DNA from: a virus
Taxonomy: Duplodnaviria > Caudoviricetes
Direction: 5' to 3' (one strand)
Virus record (IMG/VR): IMGVR_UViG_3300030101_000937
Coordinates: 1 to 30,892 of that record
Length of the DNA stretch: 30,892 nucleotides
Shown here: positions 26,410-30,892 of the stretch, one piece after another
How positions within the stretch are numbered: the stretch's first letter is position 1
How the letters are laid out: each line of letters starts with the position of its first letter
The notes under the pieces: model-generated
Seen by the model: the letters and a program-made list of their open reading frames with translations, nothing else
What the model was told of the DNA's origin: nothing
Databases searched by the model: none
Position numbers and translations under genes: made by a program

Positions 26410-26438
26410 GAGGGGTAGCAGAAATGTTACCCTTTTTT
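26410..26438 (+). terminator. Rho-independent terminator
   Basis: GGGTAGCA-GAAA-TGTTACCC followed by T6. Confidence 0.85.
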
Positions 26439-26442
26439 ATTT

Positions 26443-26467
26443 AACAAAATAGAACTACTTTTATTGT
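26443..26467 (+). promoter_or_regulatory. Putative late promoter AACAAA-N13-TATTGT-N6-ATG
   Basis: AACAAA 26443-26448, TATTGT 26462-26467, ATG 26474. Confidence 0.8.
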
Positions 26468-26473
26468 ATATAT

Positions 26474-26815
26474 ATGATAGTTTTACAAAGTTCAGGTAGT
26501 AGCCAAACATTTAGTTTTATTCCTAGATCATACACTTCAGGAAATACTTATACAATTAAGATAAACAACGAAAGCACAAACAAAGAAGTGTTTAGCCAAA
26601 CATCTACAAGTTTTACAGAAGTAGATTACTATTACCAGTACAGCAATACTTTTACTTTGGTAGAAGATACTTTTTATACTTTAGAAATTACAGAAGGTAG
26701 TACACTAATTTTTAGAGATAAAATATTTTGCACTAATCAAACAGTAGCAGATTTCACAGTAAACGAAAATCAGTACACTACCAACACAACAACTAACGAA
26801 TTTGTATTTATATAA
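26474..26815 (+). CDS. Small beta-rich structural protein (head closure-like, putative)
   Basis: 113 aa, beta-strand pattern, upstream of the portal gene. Confidence 0.5.
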   Translation: MIVLQSSGSSQTFSFIPRSYTSGNTYTIKINNESTNKEVFSQTSTSFTEVDYYYQYSNTFTLVEDTFYTLEITEGSTLIFRDKIFCTNQTVADFTVNENQYTTNTTTNEFVFI

Positions 26816-26817
26816 AC

Positions 26818-28845
26818 ATGGATAACATACACATAGTAAACTTATCAACCTACAACAAACCCAAAGTAGTAGAAGATAAAAGAAAAGAATGGGTAGCTTA
26901 TGGTGATGATAACAATTACTACCAATATCTTATAGACCTTTTTACAAGTTCTACAACAAACAATGCAGTAATAAATGGTATAAGTAATATGATTTATGGC
27001 AAAGGTTTAGATGCACTTGATAGTAATACAAAAACAGATGAATATGCAGCGCTCAAAAGTATATTTAACAATGACTGTTTAAAAAAAATTGCACTTGATC
27101 TTAAACTACTTGGTGAAGCATGTTTTCAAGTTTTATACCAAAATGGTAAAGTAATAAAAGCAGAACATTTTCCAAGACAAACTTTAAGACCTGAAAAAAT
27201 GAATGAAGAAGGTGATATAGAAGCATACTATTATGCACCTGATTGGGAAAAAGTAAAACAAAATACCAAACTAAAAAGAATTGCAAACTTTGGTTTTGGT
27301 AATGGTAAAGAACCTGAGATTAAAGTAGTAAAAAAATATGTATCAGGGTACGATTATATATGCCCAGTAGATTATCAAGGTGCATTGGCTTACTGTGAAT
27401 TAGAAAGTGAAATTTCAGATTTCCTTATAAACGATGTACAATGTAATTTTAGTGGTACTAAAGTAGTAAACTTTAACAATGGTGTGCCTGATAGGGAAAA
27501 ACAGCTACAAATTAAAAGTGAGGTTATGGCCAAACTTACAGGTAGTAGGGGTGAAAAAGTTATAGTAGCATTCAACAACAATGCAGAAAGTAAAACTACT
27601 GTAGATGATATACCTTTAGATGATGCACCTGCACACTATGAATATTTAGCCAATGAATGTATTAGAAAAATAATAATGGGGCATAGGGTAACAAGCCCAT
27701 TACTTTTAGGTGTAAGGGATGGTAATAGTGGTTTAGGTAACAATGCAGATGAAATAAAAACTGCAAGTTTATTATTTAACAACATAACTATAAAACCTTA
27801 CCAAGACCAAATTATAGAATGTATAAACCATATTTTAGCAGTTAATGAAATAAGTTTAAAACTTTACTTTAGAACCTTGCAACCTTTAGAATTTATTGAT
27901 ACAGATAACGCAGTAACACAAGAAGCTAAAGAAGAAGAAACTGGTGTGAAGTTAGTTAGTCAGGTAGTAGATAAAGATTTTGCTATTATAGATGACAGGT
28001 TAGCATATAGCACACCTGAAAAAGCTGAAGAAATGGCTAGAAATATAGGGTGTGAAGGGATACACACACATGAATATATAGATGTGGATGGTAACACAAG
28101 GACTTGGTATATGCCTTGTGAAAAACATATAAAAGATGATCTAAAAAAATGTCCAAAAGGATTTGTTAAAGATAAAAATGGTAAATGTGTAAAGAAGAAA
28201 AGCATGTATTCAGAAGAACAACTTGCAAAAGATGAAAGACCTTTTTTAAGTGATGATGATGGTGATGAATTATTTACACTAATAGACCAGTTAGGCGAAA
28301 TAGAAGATTTAGAAAACTATGAACTATTAGACACAGATACTACAGAAGATGAACCTGATGATTTTGATGTAGAAAATTATTTAAATGGTTTAAAGTTATC
28401 ATCAAAACAAGATTCTAGCCAAGACAATGATTTATTTAAGGTGAGGTACAAGTATGTAAAAGGCACAAAAAAACAACCAAAAGGTGAAACTAGACCATTT
28501 TGTAGAAGAATGTTAAGTACTGGTAAACTATATAGAAAAGAAGATATTGCACAAATGAGTTTTAGGGGTGTAAATAAACAGCATGGACACAAAGGACAAA
28601 ATTATTCTTTGTTTAAGTGGCAAGGTGGGGTAAATTGTCATCACATTTGGGAAAGAAGAATTTACAAAAAGAAATTAAAAAAGGATGGCACACCCTATAA
28701 AGGTAATGCACTTGCAAACACAAAGTTTGTAAATGTAAATCAAGCTGTAAAACAAGGTTTTAAACTACCTAAAAACCCCAAAGAAGTAGCACAAGCAAAT
28801 ATAACTAGAGGTGACAAAGGACACCACCCAAACTATAAAGGATAA
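26818..28845 (+). CDS. Portal protein with C-terminal extension including a MuF-like Cys/His domain
   Basis: Portal-like first ~375 aa (YG.DN.Y..YL, L.L.GE, I..GH.V..P.LLG, I.P.Q..I); C-terminal RPFC...GG.NCHH.W. Confidence 0.8.
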   Translation: MDNIHIVNLSTYNKPKVVEDKRKEWVAYGDDNNYYQYLIDLFTSSTTNNAVINGISNMIYGKGLDALDSNTKTDEYAALKSIFNNDCLKKIALDLKLLGEACFQVLYQNGKVIKAEHFPRQTLRPEKMNEEGDIEAYYYAPDWEKVKQNTKLKRIANFGFGNGKEPEIKVVKKYVSGYDYICPVDYQGALAYCELESEISDFLINDVQCNFSGTKVVNFNNGVPDREKQLQIKSEVMAKLTGSRGEKVIVAFNNNAESKTTVDDIPLDDAPAHYEYLANECIRKIIMGHRVTSPLLLGVRDGNSGLGNNADEIKTASLLFNNITIKPYQDQIIECINHILAVNEISLKLYFRTLQPLEFIDTDNAVTQEAKEEETGVKLVSQVVDKDFAIIDDRLAYSTPEKAEEMARNIGCEGIHTHEYIDVDGNTRTWYMPCEKHIKDDLKKCPKGFVKDKNGKCVKKKSMYSEEQLAKDERPFLSDDDGDELFTLIDQLGEIEDLENYELLDTDTTEDEPDDFDVENYLNGLKLSSKQDSSQDNDLFKVRYKYVKGTKKQPKGETRPFCRRMLSTGKLYRKEDIAQMSFRGVNKQHGHKGQNYSLFKWQGGVNCHHIWERRIYKKKLKKDGTPYKGNALANTKFVNVNQAVKQGFKLPKNPKEVAQANITRGDKGHHPNYKG

Positions 28846-29348
28846 TGGCAGAAGCACTATTAATAACAAGAAAAGATGTAGTAAAGTTTACTTCAGTTTC
28901 AGGTAATCTTGATACAGATACTTTTATAATGAGAGTAAAGATTGCACAAGATAAACATATAGAAAACTATTTAGGTACAGATTTACTTGAAAGCATACAA
29001 GCAAAAATTGTAGCAGGTACACTTACTGGTGATTACCAAACATTAGTAAATGATTATGTAAAACCCTGCTTAATACATTGGACAATGGTAGAAATGTTAC
29101 CATTTAGTGCTTATACTATAGCAAATAAAGGTGTATTTAAACACAATAGTGAAAATGCAGAAAATGCTTCTAAAGAAGAAGTAGATTACCTTTTAGAGAA
29201 AGAAAGAAATACAGCACAATACTATACAAACAGGTTAATCGATTATTTAAGTTTTAATGCACCAAGTAAGTTTCCTGAATACTACACTTCTACAAATGAA
29301 GATGTACACCCTGATAAAGATGCAAGTTTTGAAGGTTGGGTATTATGA
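28845..29348 (+). CDS. Putative head-tail adaptor/connector
   Basis: 167-aa helical protein; AQD.HI..YLGTDL; directly after the portal gene. Confidence 0.6.
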   Translation: MAEALLITRKDVVKFTSVSGNLDTDTFIMRVKIAQDKHIENYLGTDLLESIQAKIVAGTLTGDYQTLVNDYVKPCLIHWTMVEMLPFSAYTIANKGVFKHNSENAENASKEEVDYLLEKERNTAQYYTNRLIDYLSFNAPSKFPEYYTSTNEDVHPDKDASFEGWVL

Positions 29349-29467
29349 AGTATAAAGCCAAAGAAAATAACATTAAGAAACTTACAGAATACTTAAACAA
29401 AAAAGTATATAACAAAAACAAACAAAATTTATTGTATAAATATGGCAAACACAATAAACTGGGGTAG
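29345..29467 (+). CDS. Possible small basic peptide (40 aa)
   Basis: MKYKAKENNIKKLTEYLNKKVYNKNKQNLLYKYGKHNKLG*; ATGA overlap, but it runs through a promoter. Confidence 0.4.
   Translation: MKYKAKENNIKKLTEYLNKKVYNKNKQNLLYKYGKHNKLG
29411..29435 (+). promoter_or_regulatory. Putative late promoter AACAAA-N13-TATTGT-N6-ATG
   Basis: AACAAA 29411-29416, TATTGT 29430-29435, ATG 29442. Confidence 0.8.
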
Positions 29468-29663
29468 AATTTATTGCTTCACAGAATTTGGTGATGAAGA
29501 TCACACTATAGCAGAAAGCATACCAAGTTTTAGTTCACCTGAATGTTTTTTATTGCCATTAACAGGAAGTTTAATAGAAACTAAAGCATTTACTGTAGAT
29601 ACAACTGTACAAAGAGCAGATTCTACTACATTAACTGCTGACCAAACAGAAATAACACTATAA
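29442..29663 (+). CDS. Small structural protein with C-terminal TAD repeats
   Basis: Ends FTVDTTVQRADSTTLTADQTEITL. Confidence 0.7.
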   Translation: MANTINWGRIYCFTEFGDEDHTIAESIPSFSSPECFLLPLTGSLIETKAFTVDTTVQRADSTTLTADQTEITL

Positions 29664-29673
29664 AAAAAATAAA

Positions 29674-30465
29674 ATGGCAAAAAGTACAGTAGGATTAGGA
29701 ACAGCAAATCAAGGTGATGGTGATCCAATAAGAACTGCCTTTTCTAAACTAAACGACAACCATACTGAATTATATGCTTTATTAGGTGATGGTAATACAC
29801 TATCAGTTACAGGTGATGTAGCACTTACTGGTGGTGCAGCAACAATACAAGCAGATTCAGTAGAAAACACAATGTTAGCAAACATAGCAAGAGGATCAGT
29901 TAAAGTTGGAGGTACTTCAAATGCACCTACAGATTTAGATGCAAAAGGAGATGGGAAAATATTAATAGGTGATGGTACAGATATAGCTTCTGTTTCAGTT
30001 TCAGGAGATATAGCAATAACAAATGCAGGTGCAACTACTATACAGGCAGGTGCAGTTGAAAATTCAATGTTAGCTGACAATGCAGTAGATCATGATGAAT
30101 TAGCAGCAAGATATACAACAGAGGTTACAAAAACAGATACAGCAGGTACAGGTGGTAGTGCAATAACATTAAATTGGGCAACAGGTAGTATATTTCATTT
30201 TTCATCATCTTTAACAGGTGCAATAGAATTAAAATTTGATAACTACAAAGTAAGTCAAGTTGTAGATATATATGGACTAACAGGAAGCCAAACGATTACT
30301 TTAAATTCAACTGCTTCAGGCACAGAAGTTTTTAACAAGGTAGGTACAACAGATTATGATGGTTCAGAAACAAACCACATACAGGTTATATGTTTAGATG
30401 ATTCAGCAAGTACACCTGTTTTCCATTATACAATAAACAAAGTAACAAGTGATGATACACCATAA
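29674..30465 (+). CDS. Tail fibre protein with T4 gp9/gp10-like N-terminus and duplicated shaft segment
   Basis: GT...G.GD..R.AF.K.NDN..ELY; two SV.GD.A......TIQA..VEN.MLA repeats. Confidence 0.7.
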   Translation: MAKSTVGLGTANQGDGDPIRTAFSKLNDNHTELYALLGDGNTLSVTGDVALTGGAATIQADSVENTMLANIARGSVKVGGTSNAPTDLDAKGDGKILIGDGTDIASVSVSGDIAITNAGATTIQAGAVENSMLADNAVDHDELAARYTTEVTKTDTAGTGGSAITLNWATGSIFHFSSSLTGAIELKFDNYKVSQVVDIYGLTGSQTITLNSTASGTEVFNKVGTTDYDGSETNHIQVICLDDSASTPVFHYTINKVTSDDTP

Positions 30466-30468
30466 ATT

Positions 30469-30892
30469 ATGAAAGCAAGAATAGTAAAAGGAAAAATAGT
30501 TAAATACCCAAAATTACCAAGTAGTTTTGGAAATACGATAGCAGGTTTTGAGAAATTAGATAGTAGTGTACACGAAAGTGCAGGGTTTTATGATATTATC
30601 ACACCAAGTTATGATAACAAAACACAATACATAAGCAACCTACATACCATAGATGATTATAAAGATGCAGATGGAAAAACTAAAACTGTATTTATTTATG
30701 ATGTAAAAACTAAAACATTTAGTGAAACACTTGCAGAACTAAAGAAAAAAAAGATAGCAGAATTAAAAAGTGTAGCTTACAATAAATTAAGTTCTACTGA
30801 TTGGTATGTAACAAGAAAAGCAGAAAAAGGTACTGCAATACCTGATGATATAGAAACAGAAAGAGATAATATAAGAAGTTCAGTAGATACAA
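30469..30892 (+). CDS. 5' part of the origin-spanning putative tail fibre assembly chaperone (ends at 151)
   Basis: ATG 30469, MKARIVKGKIVKYPKLP...LSSTDWYVTR..E....IPDDI...R..IR; open through the terminal repeat. Confidence 0.75.
   Translation, partial: MKARIVKGKIVKYPKLPSSFGNTIAGFEKLDSSVHESAGFYDIITPSYDNKTQYISNLHTIDDYKDADGKTKTVFIYDVKTKTFSETLAELKKKKIAELKSVAYNKLSSTDWYVTRKAEKGTAIPDDIETERDNIRSSVDT
30807..30892. repeat. Terminal direct repeat, right copy
   Basis: Identical to 1-86. Confidence 0.97.

Noticed and set aside
11221-29435. Recurring AACAAA/TATTGT motif as CRISPR repeats or iterons
   Set aside because: Dispersed single copies with variable interiors and a fixed distance to start codons; no array structure or cas genes.
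1-30892. Stop-codon reassignment, tRNA genes or self-splicing introns
   Set aside because: Genes are intact under the standard code with all three stops used; intergenic gaps are short and show no cloverleaf; terL and capsid genes are uninterrupted.

Overview
The window is an apparently complete genome of a small, AT-rich tailed dsDNA phage. Bases 1-86 are identical to 30807-30892, giving a circular unit of 30,806 bp. All credible genes lie on the + strand. Host-type promoters TTG-N19/20-TAnnTTT(G/A), A-rich starts without Shine-Dalgarno sites and a DUF3127-like protein point to a Bacteroidota (Flavobacteria-like) host. Modules: LamG tail fibre, lysis cassette (holins, M15 endolysin), replication/recombination (NinG, DUF3127, DnaB-like helicase, DUF3799-like nuclease), a phage sigma factor, nucleotide/DNA-modification-type genes (DUF5664, ParB-like, PAPS-reductase-like), terminase, a small-ORF island, then tail and head genes in a permuted order. 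I recognise no integrase, DNA polymerase, tRNA or CRISPR array. Three observations stand out. (1) A strictly spaced late motif AACAAA-N13-TATTGT-N6-ATG implies a leaderless regulon driven by the phage sigma factor. (2) A candidate capsid cargo-loading system: two proteins share a leader resembling the scaffold C-terminal helix, followed by a K-x-V-[EK]-L-[ASE] motif that recurs in the protease and scaffold, with related motifs in the portal. (3) A -1 frameshift chaperone with a long double-coded overlap. Protein calls come from motif recognition, not database searches.
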